A stretch of DNA of 64,000 nucleotides. Source: Chiloscyllium plagiosum (taxonomy: Eukaryota). The stretch covers positions 10,982,911 through 11,046,910 of the forward strand of contig NC_057754.1 of the NCBI RefSeq assembly GCF_004010195.1, read 5' to 3'. Shown one piece after another: positions 13,047 through 24,899 of this stretch. A model generated the notes under the pieces. That model made no database searches, had not been told where the DNA came from, and saw only the letters and a program-made list of their open reading frames with translations. Made by a program: the position numbers and the translations under genes. Position 1 is the first letter of the stretch; the number at the start of each line of letters is the position of its first letter.

Positions 13047-15134
13047 TGCGATGATGCTGCGCCTTCAACAAGGTTAGGTTGTCCTTTTTTTTTCAGACGA
13101 GTCGCAAAGGCACAGGTTCCGAAATATCTGGGTTTATCTATTTAAAGAAGTTTTCAAGTTCTTTAAAAAATAACACTTGTACAATGAAACTGGACGCGCC
13201 AGTTCCCCCAGTTCAGCTTTACGCTGGTGTGCATTGATTTGATTTGAGCAAGCAGTCCGTTGTCTGAGGCTACTGGGCAAAGAAACAGTTACATGGAAGA
13301 AGTTGCTCCATGCTGAATCTCTCTGTCATCTCTCTCCCTCCTGCAAAACTTTGTGTTTGGTTTTTACCTTTTTTTTTCCACGCCTTGCTTATGAAGATGT
13401 GGCAAGTATTTGGAACAGCATCATTAATTTGGGATAATCTGTTGGATTTTCGGAAGTTATTCTATATTGTGATCGCTTTTGTTTGTATTTCATTCGGTAA
13501 TCTTACAAATAAATTGTTTTGTCTAAAACGAAGTGGTTGACCCAGCTGCATTTCATGGGGAATATCCACTCTGTATCTGCTTAAAATTACCAGAAAAGTT
13601 AGGGCCCGGGCCCTTTTCTTGAAATGTTTTGCTCGTATCTCGACTGGTCCATGGCAGATTGGGCCTTTTTGTGGGGTTTGCCTATAGTTTCAAATTGGAA
13701 TTAGAGTTGCTGGACTCAAAGGCAACAAGCAGTAGGCAGTCGTGTCTTTTGTTCTTGGTTTTGCATTCGGTTGGTTTAAACAGTGTTTGGTTAGCAATGG
13801 CTCTTTCAGTCACGAAAAGTTTTCTGGGGTGGAAGAAGTGACTTTGGAACAAGGAAAAGCTGCTAGAATTGTCAGTCAAGTTGGAGTTAGAGTTGGAGTT
13901 GGAGTTACCTTCACCGGTAAGAAAAAGAGATATTTAAATATGCTGGAAACACCGTCAATGTGTTTAGGGATGGCTAAAATCCAGCCTGTTGAAAATGTAG
14001 CAACTTGAATAAGAAAAGGAAAAGAAAAGGAAACGAGACTGAAACATGATTAAGTGCAGAGAAAAGAGAAAAAGAACAAATCGTTTTAGTACAACAATAA
14101 GAAAAGGAGCGACAGGAAATGGAGAATGGGAGAAAGTTTGAAGTTCACAAATTTGCACTTAGACAGGAAAGTCAGCTTAAAAGACTGGAGATGAAGGCTG
14201 AAGGTAAGCTTAGTGATGAAGAGAGAGATCAGCCATCCCATTGTAGCGAAAGACCTGGTGAGAATCTGTTTAAATATATTAAGCATTGTCAAAATTTAAT
14301 GAGAACGATGTGGAATCATTTTCCATCTCAGTTGAAAAGGCAATTAACACATGCGGTGATCGACATAAAGCTTGTGTGTAGAGCCGATGAAGTACTTGCG
14401 CCACTATCAGAGGAGGTGTCTGGGGCGTATCATTGAATCCTTATAGTGTGGAAACAGGCCATTCAGCCCAACAAGTCCACACCAATCCTCCGAAGAGTAA
14501 CCCATCCAGACCCATTCCCCCTACCCTATTATTCTACATTTACCCCTGACTAATGGGTAGTTTAGCATGGCGAATTCACCTAACCTGCACATCTTTGGAT
14601 TGTGGCAGGAAACTGGAGCACACAGAGGAAACCCACGCAGAGATGGGGAGAATGTGCAAACGCCACACAGTCTCCTGCAGTTGAAAGCTGTGAGGCAGCA
14701 GTGCTAACCACTGAGCCAGCGTGCCGCTCTGGGTGAAGTAAGTCATTTTCAGTGCATATAAGTTTGTGCCAGAAGCCTCCAGACAACGTTTCAGGAATCC
14801 AAAGAGGGACACTGGTCAAACCTGCATCGATTTTGAAAGAAACAAAGTAATTTTGAGAGGTAGATAACGGCACTTAAAATAGAGCACACCTATGATGCTC
14901 TTAGAGAAGCGATCATTTTGGAGGAGTTCAGAAATTCACATCCTGAGGGAGTGAGAATTCATTTAGAGGAGCATAGAGTTCAAACGTAAAATTAGCAGCT
15001 AAAATGGCTGACGATTTTGGTTTGGATCATAAATATAAGTTTGGCTTTCAACATCAGTTTCTATCCACGAGGGATAGAAATTGAGGAAAAGGGAAATCAT
15101 TCCGTGGAAAGGGAAAGATAGAACTTGGTGAAGG
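13047..15134 (+). mobile_element. Gmr1-like Gypsy 5' LTR (13047-~13656) and decayed gag, truncated by the assembly gap
   Basis: TG...CA LTR-like block followed by gag start MALSVTKSFLG. The later sequence (EEFRNSHP...HLEEHRV) resembles the gag at 23400-23520 (-). Interrupted by an HE1 SINE. Confidence 0.7.
14432..14728 (-). mobile_element. HE1-type SINE inserted in Gypsy gag
   Basis: Similarity to the other HE1 copies. Confidence 0.85.
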
Positions 15135-15927
15135 NNNNNNNNNNNNNNNNNNNNNNNNNNNNNNNNNNNNNNNNNNNNNNNNNNNNNNNNNNNNNNNNNN
15201 NNNNNNNNNNNNNNNNNNNNNNNNNNNNNNNNNNNNNNNNNNNNNNNNNNNNNNNNNNNNNNNNNNNNNNNNNNNNNNNNNNNNNNNNNNNNNNNNNNNN
15301 NNNNNNNNNNNNNNNNNNNNNNNNNNNNNNNNNNNNNNNNNNNNNNNNNNNNNNNNNNNNNNNNNNNNNNNNNNNNNNNNNNNNNNNNNNNNNNNNNNNN
15401 NNNNNNNNNNNNNNNNNNNNNNNNNNNNNNNNNNNNNNNNNNNNNNNNNNNNNNNNNNNNNNNNNNNNNNNNNNNNNNNNNNNNNNNNNNNNNNNNNNNN
15501 NNNNNNNNNNNNNNNNNNNNNNNNNNNNNNNNNNNNNNNNNNNNNNNNNNNNNNNNNNNNNNNNNNNNNNNNNNNNNNNNNNNNNNNNNNNNNNNNNNNN
15601 NNNNNNNNNNNNNNNNNNNNNNNNNNNNNNNNNNNNNNNNNNNNNNNNNNNNNNNNNNNNNNNNNNNNNNNNNNNNNNNNNNNNNNNNNNNNNNNNNNNN
15701 NNNNNNNNNNNNNNNNNNNNNNNNNNNNNNNNNNNNNNNNNNNNNNNNNNNNNNNNNNNNNNNNNNNNNNNNNNNNNNNNNNNNNNNNNNNNNNNNNNNN
15801 NNNNNNNNNNNNNNNNNNNNNNNNNNNNNNNNNNNNNNNNNNNNNNNNNNNNNNNNNNNNNNNNNNNNNNNNNNNNNNNNNNNNNNNNNNNNNNNNNNNN
15901 NNNNNNNNNNNNNNNNNNNNNNNNNNN
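15135..15927. other. Assembly gap (N run)
   Basis: Contiguous Ns. Confidence 1.
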
Positions 15928-16046
15928 GAACAGCACAGCAGGTCAGGCAGCATCTAGGGAACAGAAGATTCGACGTTTCGGGCACATGCTGCCCGAAACG
16001 TCGAATCTCCTGTTCCCTAGATGCTGCCTGACCTGCTGTGCTGTTC
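15928..16046. repeat. 57-bp inverted repeat (1 mismatch, 5-nt spacer) of a Penelope pLTR at the gap edge
   Basis: 15928-15984 is the reverse complement of 15990-16046. Confidence 0.85.
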
Positions 16047-18814
16047 CAGCAATAAAGTTTCAGCTTTGATCTCCAGCGTCTGCAGACCTCACTTTCTCCT
16101 CCGCATAGTGGATGTCCCTCAAGTGAGTTAGTTTGTTCGACTGTCAAGTTTTAAACAGACAGAATTTATTTACAAAATTACGGAACGAAGCACAAAGAAC
16201 ATAAAATAGAATAACAGATAGCTTATCCTATGCAAACCAGAGTTAATGATGCTGTTCCGAATATACTTGCAATAGTCCAACACAAAGAGTAAAAATGACA
16301 CAAACAGCTTACAAGTTGCGAGGTCAGTAAGGTAGAAAGAAATAGAGAGAGCTTCCAGTTTCAATTGTAACTTGACTCAACTAATCCCGGAACTGAACAG
16401 AACTGGACAGTGAGAGATGGCCACGCCCCCTTGATTATACCAGTTTTGTTTTAAAGACTTGGAAACTTTTAGCCTGAAGCACTATCTGTTAGGTATAAAC
16501 AAAAAAAAACCCAATGAACCATTCAAACTTCAGACATGATGAAAACTTGGGTGTCACCTCCTCGAAAAAAACTCAAGGGCACAGGAACTATGCAAAAAGA
16601 CCAACATTCTGACACCTCCCCCCTTAAGAAAGTGAACCATCAATATTCAAAGATGGCTTCACTTTTCAAGCCTTCCCTCCACCAATCAATTAGCACTTTA
16701 AACACACACATAATCACTGACTATAAGCATGCAAACATGCACGACAACATTCGGATTCAGTCTGTGGTTCTCCCACCACCGAAAACCTCAGTTTCTCATT
16801 CAAGTCTCGATAATGCATTGACAATCACGTTTTTTTTCGACATGCTACATGCAGAGTTGTCAAATTGAATAGTAGTAATAACAAACTCCATATAAACAGT
16901 CTGGCATTTTTGTCCTTAAATTTCTCTTTAAATTTCAATGGGTTATGATCAGTGTATATGATAGTCTGAGACGCGTTGCTTGGTAGGATAAACACTGAAA
17001 TGTCGTAGTGCCAGCACCAAGTTTAAAGTCTCTTTCTCAACTGGCGAATGTTCCTGCTGATGAACGTTCAACTTCCTGGGGAAATACCCAATAAGTCTTA
17101 TTGTTGTCTCGTCATCTTCCTGCAGGAACATGTCGCGGACACCCACATCACTCGCATTGGGAGCCACCTTGAAAGGCGTTGTGTAATCTGGTGTGTCGAA
17201 TACCGGGGCAGTAATTAACACAGTTTTCAGGCTGTCAAATGCCTTCTGACAGTCTGCTGTCCACTGAAATATTTTGCCTTATTTGTTTCGCAGTCCATTA
17301 AGTGGAGGAGCCACACTGCTAAAATTCGGCACAAACTTTTGCTAAAATCCACTCAATCCCAGGAACAACAATACTGTTGTTTTGTTTTTTGTCGATGGTG
17401 TGGGAAATTCCCCAATTACTTCCGTTTTTGCATCATTTGGGACCATTTGTCCATTTCCAATAACATGACCCAGGAAGTGACTTGGACTTTGGCAAATTTA
17501 CTTTTAGCTAGGTTTACCACCAAGCCTGCCTTTCGAAGTCAACTCAACAAGTCCAATAAGTATTGTAAATTTTCCTTCCATGAGTGACGGACAATCACCT
17601 GGCTATCGATGTAAACAAAGTTGGGCAAACCAACAATAACCTCATTGGTTCGTCCCTGAAATGGGGCTGGACTGTTTTTCATACCAAATGGCATGACTTC
17701 AAACTAATACAGTCCATCTGGCTTTACAAAAGCCGAAATTGCCTTTGCTCTTTTTGACAAAGGAACTTCAGTAGCCTCTGAAACCGTCCAACGTAGAAAT
17801 GCAAGTTGCTTGCCCCACTTTTTCAACACAGCCTGCTAACCACAGAACTGGATATGCATCAGTTCTTTGCAACTGCATTGACTTTGTGATAGTCCACACA
17901 TAATCGTTGAGTACCATCTGGCTTTGGCACCATTACTATGGGTTAGCTCCAGTCACTGTAACTCACTTTGATTATGTCATCTTGGTGCATGTGTTCTGTC
18001 TTCTTCTGAACCTGTGCCAACCTTAGAGGGTTATGCCTATAAGGATGTTGCTTAATCAGAGCAGCATCGCCTATATCTATATCATGCACTGGTAGGTTAG
18101 TATTTTCCAGTTTCTTTCCGCATATCTCCACATGTGATAGTCGCAACTCTTTCAGGACATTTTGATTGTTCTCAGGAAGGTAACCTATCCCAATTTTTGA
18201 CAACTTCCTCATTGTCCAATTTAATTTGGGGAATGTGCAATTCAGAATCCTCTGAATTTGGTTCTTCCTCCTGTGTTGTAATCATCAACACCTTCTCCTC
18301 TTGCTTTCCTTCCCTGTCAAAATACCTTTTGATCATATTCACATGACATACTCTGTGAGATTTCTTTCTGTCTGAAATCGCTATCAAGAAGTTCGCCTCA
18401 TTCAATTGCCTTTCGATTTGATAAGGGCCACTACCCCTTACGTATAAAGGTTCACATTTACTGGAAGTAACACTAATACCTTATCCCTGATAGCAAAATT
18501 GCGAATTTTTTATTTCTTTTCCATTTCCTGTTTCATTGCATCCCGCAATATTGTTAAATGCCCTCGAGCCAACTCCCCAACTCTATTTAATCATTCTCTA
18601 AAATTTAACCCATAGGCCATTTGTGTGGTCTCTAAATTCTGAGTTTCCAATTTCTCCTTCATCAATTTTAATGGTCCTCTCACGATATGCCCAAAAACTG
18701 AGTCAAATGGACTGAATTTGGTCGATTCATTTGGTGCATCTCTGATTGCAAAAAGAACAAACGGAATTCCTTTATCTCAATCATTTGGATTGTTTTGAGT
18801 GTTAATCCTCAACA

Positions 18815-19100
18815 AGGGTTACACGGTGGCTCAGTGGTTAGCACTGTAGCCTCACAGCACCAGGGACACAGGCTCGATTCCAGACTTTGTGTGGAGTTTG
18901 CACGTTGTCTGCAGGGGGTTCGTGCAGGTGCTCCCGTTTACTCTCACAATCCAAAGATGTGCAGTTCAGGTCGGTTGGCTAAATTGCCCAAAGTGTTAGG
19001 TGCATTAGTCAGAGGGAGGTGGATCTGGGTGGGTTGCTCTTCAGAGGATCAGTGTGGACTTGTTGGGCTGAAGGGCCTGTTTCCACTCTGTAGGGAATCT
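18815..19100 (+). mobile_element. HE1-type SINE inserted in the Gypsy integrase
   Basis: CACGGTGGCTCAGTGGTTAGCACTG head and V-domain. Confidence 0.85.
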
Positions 19101-20163
19101 AAAAAAAGCATGATATTGATTGTTTGATGCACTTCCTGCGATTCTGAATGGGACACAATAGATTTGAATTGTTTTATGCCTAAGCTGTCCATAACTTCCT
19201 TGAATAATTTGAATGTGAAGTTTGAGCTTTGATATGACTGTATCTCTATTGGTAGTCCGTATCTAGTATACAATTTGAGTAATCTGCAATCCTTTTAGCT
19301 GTGATATTGCGCAATGGAACAGTCTCTGGAAATCTCGTTGATAAATCCATTATTGTTAACAAATACTGATTCCCACTCTTTATTTGAGGTAGATAACCTA
19401 CGCAATCAATTAAGACTCTTGTAAAAGGTTCTTCAAATGCTGGAATAGGTATTAAAATCCAGGTTTCATTACTGCTTATGATTTTCCAATTACCTGGCAT
19501 GTATGACACGTCTGACAAAATTCAACTATAGCCTTGTGCAGTCCAGGCCGGTAAAAATGCGTTTGTAATTTCGCCTGTGTTTTCATCCCTCCTAAATGAC
19601 CTGTAAGTGGCTCCTCCTACGCCGATTGCAACCCCTCCTTGCTATCCCCCACTGGCAATATGATTTGATGAATTTCTGACCTTTTCTTATCTGCTTGAAT
19701 ATGTGATGGTGTCTACTTACTTATTTTAATAAAATAATTTTTCACTAATAACACACAGGGGTACATTCAGAGCTCTTCTCTACATATGCCTTTTGATACA
19801 ACTGGTTTAAATTTTCTTTTTTTTTTGCTGCAGCTCAATGCGTTTTTCAGAGGTAAAGATACTTGCATGGTTATTTCTTTGCTCCTGTTTTATCTCAACT
19901 ATCTGATCGAACACAGTCTCTGCTAATGCCACTTCAGCTTCCTTATCAATACCATTTGATGTCCCCTGTTTCAACCGGTGAATCTATGACCTCGTTACGA
20001 CACAATCAGGGATAAGCGTCCTGCATTGCTTCAGTTGTCTGTTTCTCCACTGGCTTATTAACTACAGTAGGCAGCACGCCTACTGGTGAATTAGCGATAC
20101 AATTTGCAAGGACAAATTGCATTCCTGCAGCTGAGAGTTTGTCCAGTACTCCAACCACAAATT

Positions 20164-22639
20164 GCTCCGCAAACCTTGAATTCCTCACCATCAAATGCAG
20201 CCCCTTTTATCGACCACAGGAATTTACCATTGCTATACTAACTGCTGTGTATATGCTGCCACAAGCAAAGTTTGAGGAAGCTCTGGACATGCTGCATTCC
20301 ACCACTAACACCTTGGAGACTGAACACCCCGAGGCTCTGTTTATTGCAACTGGCGACTTCAATCAAGCCAATCTAAGGAAGGTGTTGGCCCAAATGCCAC
20401 CAGAACATTACCTGCCCCACTAGGGACCTCAACATTTTAGACCACTGCAACACCACTGTGAAAGATGCTTACCACTCCATCACCTACCCTCATTTCGGGA
20501 ACTCAGGCCACAATGCCGAGTTTCTTCTCCCGGCTTACAGGCAAAAGCTCAAGCAGGAGATCCCCACACAACCCCACCCCCACCCCGCGGATACAGGGCC
20601 AGTGCTGGTTGGAGGAAGCAGAGGATAAACTCTAGTGCTGTCTGGAATCGGCTGATTGGGCCATGTTCAAACAGTCTGCAGGTACCTTGGACGATGAAGC
20701 CACCACCATCATAGACTTTATCAGCAAGTGTATGGAGGACAAAGTACTGAACAAGTCAATCCGGGTGTTCCCCAACATAAACCCTGGTTGAATCAGGATA
20801 CACAGAACCTGCTTGACGCCTTCAGATCAGGAGACCCACTCAAATATTAAGAATGCAAGAATGACCTTCGCAGAGCCATTAAAACAGCCAAGGGTCATTA
20901 CTGATCCAAACCAGAGACCCAGACAGATACCCAGCGAATAGAGCAAGGACTGAATGACATCACAGGTTCTCAAAAGAGACAGTGCAAGATAGCAGATGAT
21001 GACACATCCCTTCCAGATCGTCTCAACGCCTTCCATGCTCGCTTTGAGCAGAATTTTAGTGGAGAGGTAACGCCTATTCAGACAAATCCTGATGAAGCTA
21101 TCCCAACAGTCATTGTATCAGAGGTCAGATCAGTTTTCCTTCGTGTGTATCCAAGGAAAGTGATGGGACCAGATGGAGTACCAGGCTGTGCACTCAGAGC
21201 ATGCGCAGATCAACTGGCAGAGGTCTTAGCAGACATCTTCAAACTGTCCCTGCAGCAGGCCACTGTCACTGCATGTTTCAAATGGGCCAACATCAACCCT
21301 GAGCCTAAGAAGTCTCATGCAGCATGTCTCACTGACTATCGCCCAATGGCCCTAACTTTGGTTGTCGTGAAGTGCTCTGAAAGGCTGGTCATGGCATTAA
21401 TTAACTCCAGCCTCCCCACTACTCTTGACCCACTCCAATTTGCCTATCGGGCCAACAGATCCATGTGAGATGCCGTATCACTTGCCCTTCACTCCTCCCT
21501 AGAACATCTTGACACCAAGAACAGCTATGTAAGAATCCTACTCATTGACTACAGTTCAACCTTCAACACTATTATCCCCTTGAGACTGATTATTAAATTT
21601 AGTGATCCCAGACTAAGCCCTACACTCTGCAACTAGATCCTCACTTTCCTGACCCACAGGCCCCAATCAGTGAAGATTGGTGACAATATTTCATCCTCAC
21701 TAACACTCAACACTGGAGCCCCCCCGGGGTGCGTACTCAGCCCCCTACTGTATTCACTGTATACCCATGACTGCTTCACCAAATACCAGACTAATGCCAT
21801 TTACAAGTTCGCTGATGACACCCCCATAGTCAGCCGATTCTCAGATGGTGACGAAACGACTACAGACGGGAGGTGGAAGACCTGGAAAAATGGTGCACTG
21901 AGAACAACCTATCTTTCAATGCCGGCAAAACAAAGGAATTCATTATTGACTTTTGGTGGATGTTACTCATGCCCCCTACACATTAACAGCACAGAGGTAG
22001 AACTAGTGGAGAATGTCAAGCTCATGGGTGGTCATCAACAACAAGTTTTCGTGGACTCTTCATGTGGACGCACTGGTTACAAAGGCCCAACAACTCTCTT
22101 CTTCCTCAGGCAGCTGAGAAAATTTGACATGACGGCGAATATCCTTGCCAACATTTATGGGTGCACCATTGAGAGCATTCTGTCTGGATGTATCACTACC
22201 TGGTATGGCGTTGGTACCATTCAAGATTGGAGACGGTTACAGAGAGTGGTGAACTCGGCCTGGACAATCACAAAGGCCAACCTCCCATCTATTGAATCCA
22301 TCTACCAGGCCCGCTGTCAAAGAAAGACCGCCAGCATTCTCAAAGATCCATTCCACCAGGCAATATTTTTCTACAATCTCCACCATGTCGAAAAGGTACA
22401 GAAGCCTGAACACACACACTAGCCATTTCGAAACAGTTTCTATCCTACTGGTGTTCCAATACTGAACAGGTTCACAAACACTTAACATTCACCTGTACCT
22501 GTGTTTTTGCTTTTGCCGCTGTTTTTGTATTATTTACTTATGTATGCTACTTAACTCTGTGAAGTGCCTGTATTGCCCACAAGACAAAGCTTTTCACTGT
22601 TTCTCAATAAATTCAATCCAGTTCAATATAATTCAAATT
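20164..22639 (+). mobile_element. 5'-truncated Rex1/Babar LINE inserted into the Gypsy pol
   Basis: Endonuclease LEFLTIKCSPFYRPQEFTIAILTAVY...GDFNQANL; RT DYRPMALT, LDPLQFAYR, GAPPGCVLSPLLYSLYTHDC, KFADD; AATAAA and an (ATTCA)-like tail; flanked by CAAATT. Confidence 0.88.
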
Positions 22640-22681
22640 CTCCGCTTTTTTTTCTGGACACTTTAGCCTCACTTTACATAA

Positions 22682-22869
22682 AGTCAGGTGAATTGGCCAT
22701 GCTAAATTGCCCGTAGTGTTAGGTAAGGGGTAAATGTAGGGGCATGGGTGGATTACGCTTCGGCGGGTCGGTGTGGACTTGTTGGGCCAAAGGGCCTGTT
22801 TCCACGCTGTAATGTAATGTAATCTAATCTAATCTAATCTAATCTAATCTAATCTAATCTAATCTAATC
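22682..22869 (+). mobile_element. 5'-truncated HE1 SINE with a long (TAATC)n tail
   Basis: 3' half of HE1, flanked by a CATAA target-site duplication. Confidence 0.85.
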
Positions 22870-24899
22870 ATAACTGAGCGCGTTTTTGTCCCACCGTGGA
22901 TTCCCATTACCAGTACCTTTTCTGGCAATTGTCCATCAGGAGTACATATCACAACATCCTTCAGCAGACAGACTGAGAGAATCCTGTGTCCCTTAATATT
23001 GTAATCACTTTACCTGCTACACCTGGCCTATATGAATAAACTTTGCCTTTGCAGGTATATCTTTCAGTTGATTTGACACCTGCTCCGCAACCAACCTCCG
23101 ATTAGCTTGTCTACTCTGAAGCAGCTTTTTTAGTTCCACTATGCTTTCTGTTACCATGCCAAAAAAAAATCCAGACTTGTCATATTTTCATCTGGAGTTT
23201 TCGTAGCCCACCAACATTGTGATTTCATGTGGCCCATTTTGTTGCAAGGAAAGCATCGGAATTTTTTACCTTCTTTGTCTCCTTCAGGTTCTTCCTTTTT
23301 ACCCTGTAGTAGGTTCGCCTCATGATCTTCCCATGGAAGGATTTCTCTTTTCCACAACGTCTGTCCCTCATGGATTGAAATTGATTTGGGAAGTCAAACC
23401 GCGTTTTATGGAGAAACTCATAATCATCAGTCACTTCAGCTGCTAACCTCGCCATTTTAACTCTCTGCTCTTCCACATGCGCTGCGTCAGGCAGTGAATT
23501 TTTGAACTCCGCCAAAATAATTCTCTGCCTAAGAACATCATAAGATTGCTGTATATTAAAATCTCTTATCCACCGATCAAACTTTATTTGCTTGATGCTT
23601 TCAAACTCAATACAGGTTGAGATTAATAATGTATTTTATCTTCAAAAGCTATGCCTCACTACACAGTCTTCTAAAATGTATTGCAGGACATTGGTTACAA
23701 TCACCTAAATGGTTTACTGAATCATTGACAAATATTATCGTGATGGGATATGCAGGACCCCGCATGAATTATCATTGAGTCATAGAATCCTTACAGAGTG
23801 GAAACAGAACAGTCGACCCATCCAGACCACACCGAACCTCGGACGAGCATCCACCTTGTCTTAACTCTCTACCCTACCCCTATAACCCTGTTTTGCCCAT
23901 GGCTAACACATTTAACCTACACATCCAGAACATTATGCAGACACATAGTCTCTACTATTCTCACAGATAGTACTGAGTCTTTGGAAATCTCTTCTTTGGA
24001 AGGTGAAGCAATGAAGAATATTTTGGTCTGTTAGCTCAGTTAGTTAAATAATTGGTATCCAATGTAGAGTGATGCTGCTGGTAATTAGGAAATTCAGCAG
24101 ATATTTGGCACTTGTAGTAAGGGAAATTTAATATAAAAGTTCGGAGTTAATGCTTCAGTTATACAGTGCACTAATGGATTTACCTTTGGAGTAGTGTTTG
24201 GTCAACTTTGTTTCTGTAAAAATGTAGGTATATTAGAAGCAGTTCAGCGAAGCTTTAGAAGAGTAGTTGGAATTGGCGTGTTGTCTTACATGGAAAGATC
24301 AGAAGAGATCTATTGTACGCGCCAGACGTTGAAAGTGTGAGAAGTGATGAAACCCTGAGACATATTGACAGGGAACAGTAGAAAAACGGATTCCTCATCT
24401 GGAAGACTCTAGAACTGGGAATCACTGTTTTAAAACGAGGTTCCCTTATTTTAAAACAAGATGACATAATTAACTCTCCCTCTAAGTGTCACAAGCTTTT
24501 CTCACTCTGCTCCTTAAAAAAATGGTGGAAGCAATCATTTTGAATATGTTTAAGGCCGAGCTGAGTACATTGCTGACAATCAAGGAAGTTTGGCGGGAGA
24601 TGGAAACCGGATCTACGGATCAGAGGATGGGGTAGCTAGTGAACAGACAGATACAGCGTGGATTACCAGGATAATCTTTGCCAATGGTGCAGTAAACCAT
24701 TTCGATAGTTACAAGTCAATTTCATGCAATACATTTTAGATAGCTGTGCAGTGAGGCACAGCATTTGAAGATTCAAAAGGCATTAATAACCTCAGTGACT
24801 CTGAATATTTCAGATAAAGCAGAACTATATCACTTTGTTTCCACTTTAGTTCGGATTCTGAAAATGTGTTTGGATTTTAGGGCAAGATTTTCTCAAAAT

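Larger units (their letters stand above)
16110..23610 (-). mobile_element. Decayed Gmr1-like Gypsy LTR retrotransposon (gag-PR-INT-RT-RH-PPT-3'LTR) with nested SINE and LINE insertions
   Basis: In - strand order: gag zinc knuckle CFPCNKMGHMKSQC (~23220-23260); protease ILRDTG (~22985-23000); integrase zinc finger GHLGG...CQTCHTCQ (~19495-19605) and core PFTRVLIDCVG; RT region (IKQHPYR, ~18050-17500); RNase H (FKVAPNASDVGV...EKETLNLVLAL); PPT AAGGGGGGAGG; LTR starting TGTCA at 16614. Confidence 0.88.

Noticed and set aside
14999..16147. Long ORFs of 279-382 aa
   Set aside because: Artefacts of reading through the N gap.
21670..22422. 250-aa ORF as an active reverse transcriptase or host gene
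   Set aside because: Frameshifted piece of a truncated Rex1/Babar LINE with multiple stops upstream.
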